DNA of 64,000 nt, taken from positions 2,549 through 66,548 of IMG/VR virus record IMGVR_UViG_3300037467_001397, one strand, 5' to 3'. Source of the stretch: a virus. Each line of letters begins with the position of its first letter. Position 1 is the first letter of the stretch. The translations under genes were made by a program, and so were the position numbers. The notes beneath the pieces were generated by a model, which did not search any database, was not told the origin of the DNA, and worked only from the letters and a program-made list of their open reading frames with translations. This document shows positions 8,725 through 16,498 of the stretch, piece after piece.

Positions 8725-9057
8725 ATGCGCGCCATCCTGCTAGCCGGCATCGCCGGCCTGATGACAGCTGGCGCGGTCGCGGTCGCACAGCCGCAGGTCG
8801 GCCCGTACTGGGAACCCACCGAAACCTACATGCAACGCCAGTTGCACGGCTACCCTCGCGCCTACTTCATGAACCAATGGGGCGGCCTGAACGATTGCCG
8901 ACGCGCCGCGACCGACACAGAGGTGGAATGGTGCGCCGGCGAGTTGCCGGCCTCATCCTCCGCCAACCCCGCGCGGTTCGATTGCCGTAAGGCTGAGGTG
9001 GATGCGGAATACCGCTACTGCCGCAAGCCGTTCCCGCATCGCGTTCCGGCCCGGTGA
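8725..9057 (+). CDS. Secreted Cys-containing hypothetical protein
   Basis: Signal-peptide-like N-terminus ending AVA; four Cys. Confidence 0.7.
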   Translation: MRAILLAGIAGLMTAGAVAVAQPQVGPYWEPTETYMQRQLHGYPRAYFMNQWGGLNDCRRAATDTEVEWCAGELPASSSANPARFDCRKAEVDAEYRYCRKPFPHRVPAR

Positions 9058-9061
9058 CGCC

Positions 9062-9178
9062 ATGCACGCGCAAACGACGATTGAGATCCTGTCCTATAGC
9101 TCTGGCGTGCTCACGACGTGCGCCATGCTGTTCCTGGCATCGGCCGCGCTCGCATGGCGCATGCGGTACGATCCCTAG
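9062..9178 (+). CDS. Small membrane peptide (38 aa)
   Basis: Manual translation with one hydrophobic helix (VLTTCAMLFLASAALAW). Confidence 0.4.
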   Translation: MHAQTTIEILSYSSGVLTTCAMLFLASAALAWRMRYDP

Positions 9179-9224
9179 GCCGGAAAAAAACGACGGGCCC
9201 CGCAACTTTTTTGTCGGGGCCTAG

Positions 9225-9253
9225 TTGACACTATGAAACCAATGAGCTAAGTT
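9225..9253 (+). promoter_or_regulatory. Sigma70-type promoter P4 (ardA)
   Basis: TTGACA-N17-TAAGTT. Confidence 0.85.
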
Positions 9254-9298
9254 ACATCCATCGCAACCGGGCAGCCGCCCAACGAAGGAACCGCCCCG

Positions 9299-9871
9299 AT
9301 GACCGCTCCCCGCTTCTACGCCGCCTGCCTCGCCAGCTACAACAACGGTGTCCTGCACGGCACCTGGATCGATGCCAGCACGGACACGGATGAGATGGCG
9401 GCCGCTATCGCCGAGATGCTCCGCGCCTCGAAGTTCCCGAACGTGACCGTCGAGCATCCCGAGACCGGCGAGATGGTGCCCAGCGCCGAGGAATACGCGA
9501 TCCACGATTATGACGGCCTGCCGTCATCGTTCGGCGAGTACCCCGGCCTCGACAAGATCGCCGAGTATGTCGAGCTGCTCGAGGCGGCCGAGGATCGCGG
9601 CATGCCGGCCGAGATGGTCGCGAAGGTGGTCGACAACTTCGGCGGCGACATCGGCGAGGCGAAGGAAGCGATTGAGGACAAGTTCTGCGGCGTTCACGAC
9701 AGCCTTGAAGCCTACGCCGAGGACTACATTGAGTCGACTGGCATGCTCGACGGCGTCAACGACACGATCGCCCGGTACTTCGATTTCCAGGCGTTCGCCC
9801 GGGACCTCGAGCTAGGCGGCGATATCTGGACCATCCGGCACGAGGGCGATTTGTACGTCTTCAGCGCCTGA
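9299..9871 (+). CDS. ardA: ArdA-family antirestriction protein (DNA mimic)
   Basis: YAACLASYNNGVLHGTWID, EEYAIHDYD and RYFDFQAFARDL..GD motifs; very acidic. Confidence 0.92.
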   Translation: MTAPRFYAACLASYNNGVLHGTWIDASTDTDEMAAAIAEMLRASKFPNVTVEHPETGEMVPSAEEYAIHDYDGLPSSFGEYPGLDKIAEYVELLEAAEDRGMPAEMVAKVVDNFGGDIGEAKEAIEDKFCGVHDSLEAYAEDYIESTGMLDGVNDTIARYFDFQAFARDLELGGDIWTIRHEGDLYVFSA

Positions 9872-9875
9872 CACG

Positions 9876-9906
9876 AAAAAAACGAGCGGGGCCTCAAAAC
9901 CCCGCT
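9876..9906 (-). terminator. Intrinsic terminator facing the minus strand, overlapping P5
   Basis: Stem AGCGGGG/CCCCGCT (9885-9891/9900-9906) followed on the minus strand by a T-run; a similar hairpin lies at about 9184-9221. Confidence 0.5.
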
Positions 9907-9934
9907 TGACACCACAAAATCAATCGGCTAATAT
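9906..9934 (+). promoter_or_regulatory. Sigma70-type promoter P5
   Basis: TTGACA-N17-TAATAT. Confidence 0.85.
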
Positions 9935-9980
9935 CCAAACATCGCAACAGGGCAGCAGCCCAACGGAAGGAACCCGATCG

Positions 9981-10397
9981 ATGCCCGCTCAGACCGCCAC
10001 CGCCGTCAACCCCGCCACCCTCGCCAGCATGCTGGGCGGCTACATCCGCTGCGCCCTGTGGTCCTCGACGGACAACAGCGATCCGGAGACCGGCGGCGAC
10101 CCGATGGATCAGAACTACAGCCGCGAGGACCTGGCCCCGCGCACCCTGGATCGGCTAGAGCGCGACTGCGCCGCTTTCCTTGCCAAATTCCGGGACATGC
10201 TGGCCGAGCAGCCCGGCGACGCTGAGCAAGCCGGACATGATCTGTGGCTCACTAGGAACGGCCACGGCACCGGCTTTTGGGATCGCGGTGACGATGTGTG
10301 GACGGCGGAAGCCCGCAAGGCATTCAACGCCTACGCTAACCGCCTCGCCCCGCGTGATCTGTACGTTGGTGATGACGGCATGATCTACGTAATGTGA
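9981..10397 (+). CDS. Conserved-looking phage hypothetical protein
   Basis: ATG at 9981 after the leader and AAGGAA; YIRCALWSS..DC.AF..QAGHDLWLTRNGHGTGFWDR motif. Confidence 0.75.
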   Translation: MPAQTATAVNPATLASMLGGYIRCALWSSTDNSDPETGGDPMDQNYSREDLAPRTLDRLERDCAAFLAKFRDMLAEQPGDAEQAGHDLWLTRNGHGTGFWDRGDDVWTAEARKAFNAYANRLAPRDLYVGDDGMIYVM

Positions 10398-10496
10398 TCG
10401 GCCGCCTAACCCGCCACAACGCACCGTTCTCCCCATCGCCCCAGATGGGGAGCGCCGTGCGCTGAAGGTCGGGGCACGAAACCGGAGGATAGGACG

Positions 10497-10775
10497 ATGT
10501 TCTACATCTACAACGAGACTTTCGGCTCTGTCGCTCGCCGCGAAGAACTGACGGGCAAGATCGCGAACCGCTGTTGGATCGATGTCGGTCCAACCTGGAA
10601 CAACCAAGCGCCGCCCCGCGCCTACGCCTCGGACGACATCAAGGATTTCTACGCGCAGGTGAGCAAGTACGGGTGCCAGTGGGCCGGGAAGATTGCTCAC
10701 GCCCTGGAAGAGAAGGGGCTGATCGGGACGTTCACGACCGACGACGAGGGCGATCTGGTCGAGATCAACGCCTAA
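10497..10775 (+). CDS. Hypothetical protein
   Basis: 92 aa; GGAGG/AGGA RBS. Confidence 0.7.
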   Translation: MFYIYNETFGSVARREELTGKIANRCWIDVGPTWNNQAPPRAYASDDIKDFYAQVSKYGCQWAGKIAHALEEKGLIGTFTTDDEGDLVEINA

Positions 10776-10800
10776 CCATCAGCAAACAGGAGACACGACA

Positions 10801-11163
10801 ATGCCGCTCAATCTCTCAGATCTCGAACAGCATGGCCTAGGCTACGTTGCCGAATTGGTCCGCGGCGGCCGCTACGTTCCCGACAGCGTTCTAGTTCCGG
10901 CCGGCGAGGGCCGCTACCAAGAGGCGCTTATGGCATACCACGACTGGTGCTTGACGGACGCATGCCGCGAGTTCGCCAACGATGTGCTCGACAACGTTGC
11001 AGAGTATGGCGGCTGGAAAGACCCGACCGATCGGGCCGAGGTTCGTGAGTACCTCGATTCCGCCTGGGCGGATCATGAGAACTGGCGCGAGATGAGCGAG
11101 GACGAGCGCCGCTCAGCAGCTCGCATCACTGCGCGCATGGTCCGCGACCGGCTAGCTAACTAA
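10801..11163 (+). CDS. Hypothetical acidic protein
   Basis: 120 aa; RBS context GGAGACACGACAATG is identical to that at 7995-8009. Confidence 0.75.
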   Translation: MPLNLSDLEQHGLGYVAELVRGGRYVPDSVLVPAGEGRYQEALMAYHDWCLTDACREFANDVLDNVAEYGGWKDPTDRAEVREYLDSAWADHENWREMSEDERRSAARITARMVRDRLAN

Positions 11164-11175
11164 GGAACCCCACCC

Positions 11176-11616
11176 ATGTCCACAGCAGACCAGATCATCG
11201 CCCTGGCCAAAGTCGCCAAGGGCAAGAACACATCCGCCATCGCGGACGATCTTGGCATATCGCGCGAGCGCGTGCGCCAGGTCCTGAAGGCCAACGGCCT
11301 GAAGTCGGATTTCCGCGGCGAGATCCCGGCGCGGCGTCGGCCGGGCCCGGTGAAGCGGTTCGAGGAACGCGCGCCCTTCGGACAGGTGCTCGACCTGCTC
11401 GGCCTCACCAATGAGCAGGCGGCCGATCTGGTCGGCGCGCATCCGGTCACCGTGGCCAAGTATGCCAACGGCACGTCAACCGCACCGGAGGCCATGCAGC
11501 TCTATCTGCTGGCCTGCCTCGGGCTGGGCGTCGACACCGTGCAAGCGGCTGTGGATGCCGGCCAGCGCAAGCTCAAGTCAGCAGTTGACACGGCCAAACA
11601 AGGCGCTAAGATCTAA
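11176..11616 (+). CDS. Tandem double-HTH DNA-binding protein (paralogue of 6597..7136)
   Basis: HTH1 NTSAIADDLGISRERVRQVL; HTH2 LGLTNEQAADLVGAHPVTVAKYANG. Confidence 0.8.
   Translation: MSTADQIIALAKVAKGKNTSAIADDLGISRERVRQVLKANGLKSDFRGEIPARRRPGPVKRFEERAPFGQVLDLLGLTNEQAADLVGAHPVTVAKYANGTSTAPEAMQLYLLACLGLGVDTVQAAVDAGQRKLKSAVDTAKQGAKI
11585..11612 (+). promoter_or_regulatory. Sigma70-type promoter P6 (recombinase)
   Basis: TTGACA-N16-TAAGAT inside the 3' end of the upstream gene. Confidence 0.75.
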
Positions 11617-11654
11617 CCATCGCAACCGGGCAGACGCCCAGAGGATACCAGACC

Positions 11655-12203
11655 ATGCTGATCGGCTACGCCCGCACCTCCACCGCCGAGCAAGTCGCCG
11701 GCTTCGAGGCACAGATCAGAGACCTGAAAGCGCTCGGCTGCGAGAAGATCTTTCAGGAACAGGTGTCATCGGTCGCGTCGCGCGCACAGCTCGAGGCGGC
11801 GCTGGACTTCGCCCGGGAAGGTGATGCGCTTGTGGTGACCAAGCTCGACCGCCTTGCGCGATCGATGCGCGATCTGCTCGACATCGTGGCCCGGCTCGAG
11901 CGCAAGGGCGTTGCCCTGCGGATCCTGGCCATGAACCTCGACACGGCCACACCTACGGGCAAGCTGATGCTGAACGTGCTCGGCAGCGTCGCCCAGTTCG
12001 AGCGGGAAATGATGCTCGAGCGCCAGCGCGAAGGCGTCGACAAGGCCAAAGCCGCGGGCAAGTACAAGGGCCGTGCGCCGACCGCGCTCGCCAAGTCCGC
12101 CGCGGTCCTGGCGCTCAAGGCCGAAGGTCTAGGCGCGGCAGAGATCGCGCGGCGCGCCGGCATTTCCCGGCGGAGCGCATACCGGATTTTGGAGGCGCAG
12201 TGA
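11655..12203 (+). CDS. Small serine recombinase (resolvase/invertase family)
   Basis: GYARTST catalytic Ser, VVTKLDRLARS, EREMMLERQREG, C-terminal HTH; 182 aa, no large-serine-integrase domain. Confidence 0.95.
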   Translation: MLIGYARTSTAEQVAGFEAQIRDLKALGCEKIFQEQVSSVASRAQLEAALDFAREGDALVVTKLDRLARSMRDLLDIVARLERKGVALRILAMNLDTATPTGKLMLNVLGSVAQFEREMMLERQREGVDKAKAAGKYKGRAPTALAKSAAVLALKAEGLGAAEIARRAGISRRSAYRILEAQ

Positions 12204-12424
12204 TGGCGAAGCGAAAGCCCGAACCCGCCGCGCCACCCGCCCACTATCCGAGCGATGCCGCGGACAGGATACAGCTCCGCCTTCCCGGCGAGCTGCGCGA
12301 TCTGATCCACAAAGTCGCGAAACAGAACTACCGATCGGCGAACAATGAAATCGTCTATCGCCTGATCAAGAGCCTCGAGGCAGACGGCTTTCGTCTGCCA
12401 GAGGCTGAAGAGGATGCCGCGTGA
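12200..12424 (+). CDS. Arc-like ribbon-helix-helix repressor
   Basis: DRIQLRLPGELRDLIHKVAKQNYRSANNEIVYRL. Confidence 0.85.
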   Translation: MMAKRKPEPAAPPAHYPSDAADRIQLRLPGELRDLIHKVAKQNYRSANNEIVYRLIKSLEADGFRLPEAEEDAA

Positions 12425-12753
12425 CCACACCCGAAAAGAACAAGGCCGAGCTGTGCCAGGAATTCCGGGCAGGGCTCGCGCTCCTGAACATGAGCCTGTC
12501 CGAGTTCTCGAACCTGACCGGCTTGCGGTACGACACGGCCAAGAACTTCTACCAGGGCGACAGTATCCCGTCATCGATGGCGCTGTTCTGTCTGCGCCTG
12601 ATGGTGTGCTGGAATATTGATTGGCTGGCCGCGGGTGCGATCAACTCCCCCCGCGGCGTCGACCTGCGAGAGATCGCGAAGCGGCGCCTCGATCCGGAGG
12701 TGTATGACGAGGAGGTGTTGTTTCGTCCTCGGCCAGCATCTCCAGGAAGGTAA
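12421..12753 (+). CDS. XRE-like HTH protein
   Basis: FRAGLALLNMSLSEFSNLTGLRYDTAKNFYQG. Confidence 0.6.
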   Translation: MTTPEKNKAELCQEFRAGLALLNMSLSEFSNLTGLRYDTAKNFYQGDSIPSSMALFCLRLMVCWNIDWLAAGAINSPRGVDLREIAKRRLDPEVYDEEVLFRPRPASPGR

Positions 12754-12782
12754 GAGGCACTCTGCGGGGCGCCTCGACCACC

Positions 12783-13034
12783 TCACGAACTGAGCTTGAC
12801 GCCGCGGTATTTCTTGGCGAGTCGCTGGCAATACTTGAGGAACACTTCGCTGTCGGGCTTTTGGCCCGCAACGAGGCACGCTGCGAACGATAGGGCGGCA
12901 GAAACCGCTTCCGCACTATGGCCATCCTCCAGCGCATCGGACGACGCGGCGATGAACGCCGGGATCAAGTGCGAGATCTCATCCGAGAACGGCGAGCCGT
13001 CGACCGGGATGCTGATCGTCACGGGCTGGTGCAT
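12783..13034 (-). CDS. Hypothetical protein
   Basis: 83 aa, plausible composition. Confidence 0.5.
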   Translation of the reverse strand: MHQPVTISIPVDGSPFSDEISHLIPAFIAASSDALEDGHSAEAVSAALSFAACLVAGQKPDSEVFLKYCQRLAKKYRGVKLSS

Positions 13035-13045
13035 CCCGGTATCCC

Positions 13046-13456
13046 TTACCGTGCAGCGGCGAGAACCTTGCGCGCATAGGCGGATGAGCGGCGGCGGGTT
13101 CCGAGCCCGGCGTTGTAGGCGGTTGCGGCCGCGCTCCAGTTGCCATGCGAATGCGCGAGAGCGGCGCGCAGGTAGAGCACGCCGGCGGTCGCACCGGTGC
13201 GGCAGTCCCGGAGGTTGCCATGAACCCCGACGCTGCGGGCCGTGGCCGGCTTGACCTGCATCAGGCCAAGCTCGCCGGCCCGGCCGACCGCGCGGCAGTT
13301 AAACCGCGTCTCGACATGAGCGACGCCCAGCGCCAGCGGCGCCGGCACGCCGAAGCGGTGCGCGATCTCGCTGACCATTGCCCGAAGATCGAGCGCATGC
13401 GCGGGGGATGCGGCGCACAGAGCGAGCGCCGCAGCGACGAGGCTGCGTTTGAGCAT
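13046..13456 (-). CDS. Lytic transglycosylase (SLT domain) with signal peptide
   Basis: VAHVETRFN catalytic Glu, GELGLMQVKPATAR, AYNAG; N-terminal signal ending AHA. Confidence 0.9.
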   Translation of the reverse strand: MLKRSLVAAALALCAASPAHALDLRAMVSEIAHRFGVPAPLALGVAHVETRFNCRAVGRAGELGLMQVKPATARSVGVHGNLRDCRTGATAGVLYLRAALAHSHGNWSAAATAYNAGLGTRRRSSAYARKVLAAAR

Positions 13457-13844
13457 CGGGGATCCTGATCAGCGGGCGCGCTGGCAACGTGGCGCGGGAT
13501 GGCTCCGAACGGGGAGGCGTTGAAGGGGGTGGTGGTTTCGGTGGGGCACCCAATGCGGTGTGCCTGATGAAGCGCTGAACGCTCCGAAGCGGGCGAGCCG
13601 AGGGCGCCGTGCTCTTCCCAAAAGGCCGCGTTACCGTGACCTGCCACCGAACTTGTGAGCCCGAGACCCCAGACCAGCGGCTAGGCTGGCCCGGGGCTTC
13701 GCGCTGATGCGAACCCGCAAAGCGGGGGCGACACCGGAGAGTGCTGTCCGATGCCGCCCGCGCTCAGCGGCGCTTGCCGGTCTCGGTGTCGATGACGACC
13801 GTCTGACCGGTGAGCGGATTAAGGATCGAGATGAGCGCCATCGG

Positions 13845-14042
13845 TCAGATCCCTTGCATGGGCTGAGCGTAGGCGCGCAGCGGGGCTTGGAATTGTTGCA
13901 GGGCGCGCGAGTCCACCGGCGGCGGATTAAACGCGCCTGCCCTGGCGAGTCTCAGGTACTCGCGGGCCGGGATGTACCCGGTCTCGACCAGGTACCGAAC
14001 CGTCTGCCGACAGAGCGGCGGACATCTCTCTGAGGACAGCAT
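13845..14042 (-). CDS. Hypothetical protein
   Basis: 65 aa ORF only. Confidence 0.35.
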   Translation of the reverse strand: MLSSERCPPLCRQTVRYLVETGYIPAREYLRLARAGAFNPPPVDSRALQQFQAPLRAYAQPMQGI

Positions 14043-14132
14043 CGGGCACCCATGTCAGAGAGAGGGCGTACATTTCCGCCATGGAGATCCAGAGCGAAAC
14101 GAGCTGATCGAGGGTCACATCCTGGCGGGGCA

Positions 14133-14294
14133 TCAATCGGTCCGCACGCGGATGGCTTTCAGCAGCTCGGCGGCGGTGCCGCGCTCGATCGCGTTCGTGC
14201 CGGCATGCGCGACGGCCTCGAGCAGCCGCTTCAGACTGCGGAGCTGTGCGGGCGTGACGCTGAGCAGGATCGCGCGGGCGATATGGTCGAGCAT
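14133..14294 (-). CDS. Small hypothetical protein
   Basis: MLDHIARAILL...; start overlaps the stop of the upstream ORF. Confidence 0.5.
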   Translation of the reverse strand: MLDHIARAILLSVTPAQLRSLKRLLEAVAHAGTNAIERGTAAELLKAIRVRTD

Positions 14295-14389
14295 CACCGC
14301 CCCTGGCGGCGTGCGACGCCCAGAATGATCGCGAAGGTGCCGGCGAGCATGATCGAGGCGAGCATGAACATGGACAGGGCCTCGATCAT
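14294..14389 (-). CDS. Small membrane peptide (31 aa)
   Basis: MIEALSMFMLASIMLAGTFAIILGVARRQGR. Confidence 0.45.
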   Translation of the reverse strand: MIEALSMFMLASIMLAGTFAIILGVARRQGR

Positions 14390-14400
14390 GCCGGATGCCT

Positions 14401-14601
14401 CTAGGATGGCTTACGGTGCTCGCACAGCGTCTTGGCGTAGGTGTCGGGTGCCAGACCATCGCGGGCCGGGATTGCCTGCCCTGCGGCCATACAGGCGTAA
14501 GGCGTGGGCACCGGCTGCGTCTGGACGTCGAGCGCGGTCTGGCGCGTGCAGGCGTCCGGCGACAGGCTCGAGGCGCAGATCAGGATGACGGCGAGCAGCA
14601 T
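14401..14601 (-). CDS. Small secreted Cys-rich protein
   Basis: MLLAVILICASSLSPDAC...PYAC...LC; GGAGG RBS. Confidence 0.6.
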   Translation of the reverse strand: MLLAVILICASSLSPDACTRQTALDVQTQPVPTPYACMAAGQAIPARDGLAPDTYAKTLCEHRKPS

Positions 14602-14927
14602 CACGCCTCCTTCAGTCCGGAGACCGCGACGCACCTGGCGCCGACCTTCAGGTACGGGCGCGGACCCTTGAACGCTTGGGCGCGCAGGAACGCGGCGGCC
14701 TCGTCCTGGATGATCTCGGCGCGACCGTCGCAGGCATACTTGCCGCCCCAGAGATTGGCGGGCGTGCGGATCTGCCGGCAAACCTTCTCGCCGCAGACCT
14801 CGAGGCGGATCCGGTAGCCGATCGTGGCGGCGTGGGCGCGCTCGATCGTGAAGACGAGCAGCTCGCCGGCCGCCAGGACCAGCAACACCATGGCGAAGCG
14901 GACGAGCAGCTCGCGATAAAGCATCAC
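14601..14927 (-). CDS. Membrane-anchored or secreted hypothetical protein
   Basis: N-terminal hydrophobic helix; four Cys. Confidence 0.55.
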   Translation of the reverse strand: MMLYRELLVRFAMVLLVLAAGELLVFTIERAHAATIGYRIRLEVCGEKVCRQIRTPANLWGGKYACDGRAEIIQDEAAAFLRAQAFKGPRPYLKVGARCVAVSGLKEA

Positions 14928-14947
14928 GCACCTCGCGCGCTCGGGCG

Positions 14948-15049
14948 TCAGAAGCGGGTCGAGCAGGTCCAGGCGATGAGCGCGAATACGATGGCCACGC
15001 CAACGACCGCGGCGCCGATGAAGGCGAGGAAGGCGGTGACGAGCGCCAT
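14948..15049 (-). CDS. Small membrane peptide (33 aa)
   Basis: MALVTAFLAFIGAAVVGVAIVFALIAWTCSTRF. Confidence 0.45.
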   Translation of the reverse strand: MALVTAFLAFIGAAVVGVAIVFALIAWTCSTRF

Positions 15050-15052
15050 GGG

Positions 15053-15244
15053 CTAGCCCCGCAGCTTCACGACGTTGTTGACGACGACGGTCAGTTCCGG
15101 GCGGCCGTGCAGCCCCTTGATCAGCTCGTCGAGCAACTGAAACTGGGGCTTGTCGCGCAGGTCGGCATCGTCTGCCATCTGCGTCGTCAGCGTGGCCCAG
15201 AGCCGTTGCAGGTTGTGGATGCGTTCGGTCTGGGTCATCGGCAT
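15053..15244 (-). CDS. Hypothetical protein
   Basis: 63 aa; GGAGG RBS. Confidence 0.65.
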   Translation of the reverse strand: MPMTQTERIHNLQRLWATLTTQMADDADLRDKPQFQLLDELIKGLHGRPELTVVVNNVVKLRG

Positions 15245-15254
15245 CAGCCTCCGA

Positions 15255-15500
15255 TCAAAAGTGACGACGCACCCGCACCAGGCTCTGGTTGAGATTGGCG
15301 AGGGCGTAATCCCAGGCCGCCTCGCGGGTCGGCCAGCGCTTGGCGCGCGCCTTCTCGACGCTCCAGGGATTGGGCCGGGCCCAGTCCGCGTAGAAGAGCG
15401 GATCGGAGATGTCGGAGGCGGCGTGCTCGATCAGCCAGAAGGCGCGCGGCTTGTGCGCGTCGGCCCAGGCATCCGCGGCCGCGGCCGTGACCTTCGCCAT
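15255..15500 (-). CDS. Hypothetical protein
   Basis: MAKVTAAAAD start overlaps the upstream stop; Trp-rich. Confidence 0.6.
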   Translation of the reverse strand: MAKVTAAAADAWADAHKPRAFWLIEHAASDISDPLFYADWARPNPWSVEKARAKRWPTREAAWDYALANLNQSLVRVRRHF

Positions 15501-15613
15501 CAGCCGATGCTCAGCGCGTGCGTGATGTAGGCGTCGAGGTAGGCGTGCAGGCCGAACAGGCCGCAGAAGACCGCAGACGAGGCCGCCGCGGCGTAGAAGG
15601 CGAGCTTGCGCAT
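15500..15613 (-). CDS. Small membrane peptide (37 aa)
   Basis: MRKLAFYAAAASSAVFCGLFGLHAYLDAYITHALSIG. Confidence 0.5.
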   Translation of the reverse strand: MRKLAFYAAAASSAVFCGLFGLHAYLDAYITHALSIG

Positions 15614-15619
15614 GACGGT

Positions 15620-16098
15620 CTCGGGAGATGGGGCAGAGAACCGGGACCATTATCCCGGCCTTACATCAGGGCGACGCCCCCTCGCGGAAGCCGCACTCTG
15701 CATGCCGATGCGGGATCGCCGGGCGCCGGATACCAGCAGGGTACGGCCGCATCGAATAAGGTCGGTCAGAGGCGCGGACTCTTACTGTCCGGCGGATGTT
15801 GTTCCGGCGTGACCGATAGGATTGACGCTGGCCGGCGCTAAACTCGGCTTCTCCCCCGCCGGACAACACAGCAGGGGCGACGGGGGCATTCCGTCCTCAG
15901 CGACAAGAGATTGATGCCAGCTTTCAACGGGTCAATCGGGCAAGACCCCCGCATCGCGCCGGCATCAAACTTGGAATTTCATGGGATCGCGAAGGCATAG
16001 CTTCGCACTTGCGGTCGAGGCGCGCTCCGATCGGGCTGCGCAACGACGGTTCTGTGGGCACTTCGAGGCGTAAGCCTTCTGGCCGCTACGAACTCACA
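15620..16098 (-). ncRNA. Candidate structured leader or ncRNA (about 480 nt)
   Basis: No convincing minus-strand CDS between the promoter at 16105-16132 and the first ORF; inverted repeats TTGATGCC/GGCATCAA (15911-15968) and GTCCGGCGG/CCGCCGGAC (about 15786/15856). Confidence 0.4.
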
Positions 16099-16104
16099 CC
16101 AGCA

Positions 16105-16132
16105 AGTATATGTACGTCGCCGAGCCTGTCAA
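16105..16132 (-). promoter_or_regulatory. Strong sigma70-type promoter
   Basis: Minus strand TTGACA-N16-TATACT, with an AT-rich block upstream (16144-16200). Confidence 0.75.
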
Positions 16133-16339
16133 GCCTGTTGTCGTTAAGAAATTCTTCTCATAAAGTTGAAACTGTTAAATAAAACTAAGTGTATATACAC
16201 GTATTCGGACGCGACAATGCTTGCACGATAGCCGCATCGGGCCGGCGCGCAAGCGGCTATGCGTACAGGAAGGTGGAGGCGTAGACGATCAGAGCGACCG
16301 TGACGTAGCCGGCGGTGGTGCGGACGACGTCGAAGGCGT

Positions 16340-16498
16340 TCACGGTTTAACCGCCTTTAGTTCGGCGAGCTGTTTGCGCACCCACGCCATATCGCTACGG
16401 GCGAGGCGGATGGTGTCCTCCAGTCGCTTGAGCCGGAGGAGGAGCTGCAAGCGGCGCCAGTTGCGCTCCTGCCTGGCCGCAAGCTCCTCGGGGCTCAC
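16340..16498 (-). CDS. Small coiled-coil protein
   Basis: Manual translation MSPEELAARQERNWRRLQLLLRL...; GTG overlaps the stop of the NusG-like gene. Confidence 0.5.
   Translation of the reverse strand: MSPEELAARQERNWRRLQLLLRLKRLEDTIRLARSDMAWVRKQLAELKAVKP

Larger units (their letters stand above)
7145..11639 (+). repeat. Eight dispersed copies of the 22-nt leader CATCGCAACCGGGCAG(CA/AC/CC)GCCC
   Basis: 7145-7166, 7561-7582, 7967-7988, 8249-8270, 8586-8607, 9259-9280, 9940-9961, 11618-11639; each lies just before an RBS and start codon. Confidence 0.9.

Noticed and set aside
7145-11639. Leader repeats as a CRISPR array
   Set aside because: Spacing is 280-1680 bp and irregular, and the intervening sequences are genes with RBSs.
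11655-12203. Prophage integrase or transposon
   Set aside because: Too short for a large serine integrase; no transposase or terminal inverted repeats nearby.
15620-16220. tRNA gene downstream of the NusG-like gene
   Set aside because: No cloverleaf or GTTCRA T-loop with matching stems found here or elsewhere by eye; a tRNAscan-SE run would settle it.
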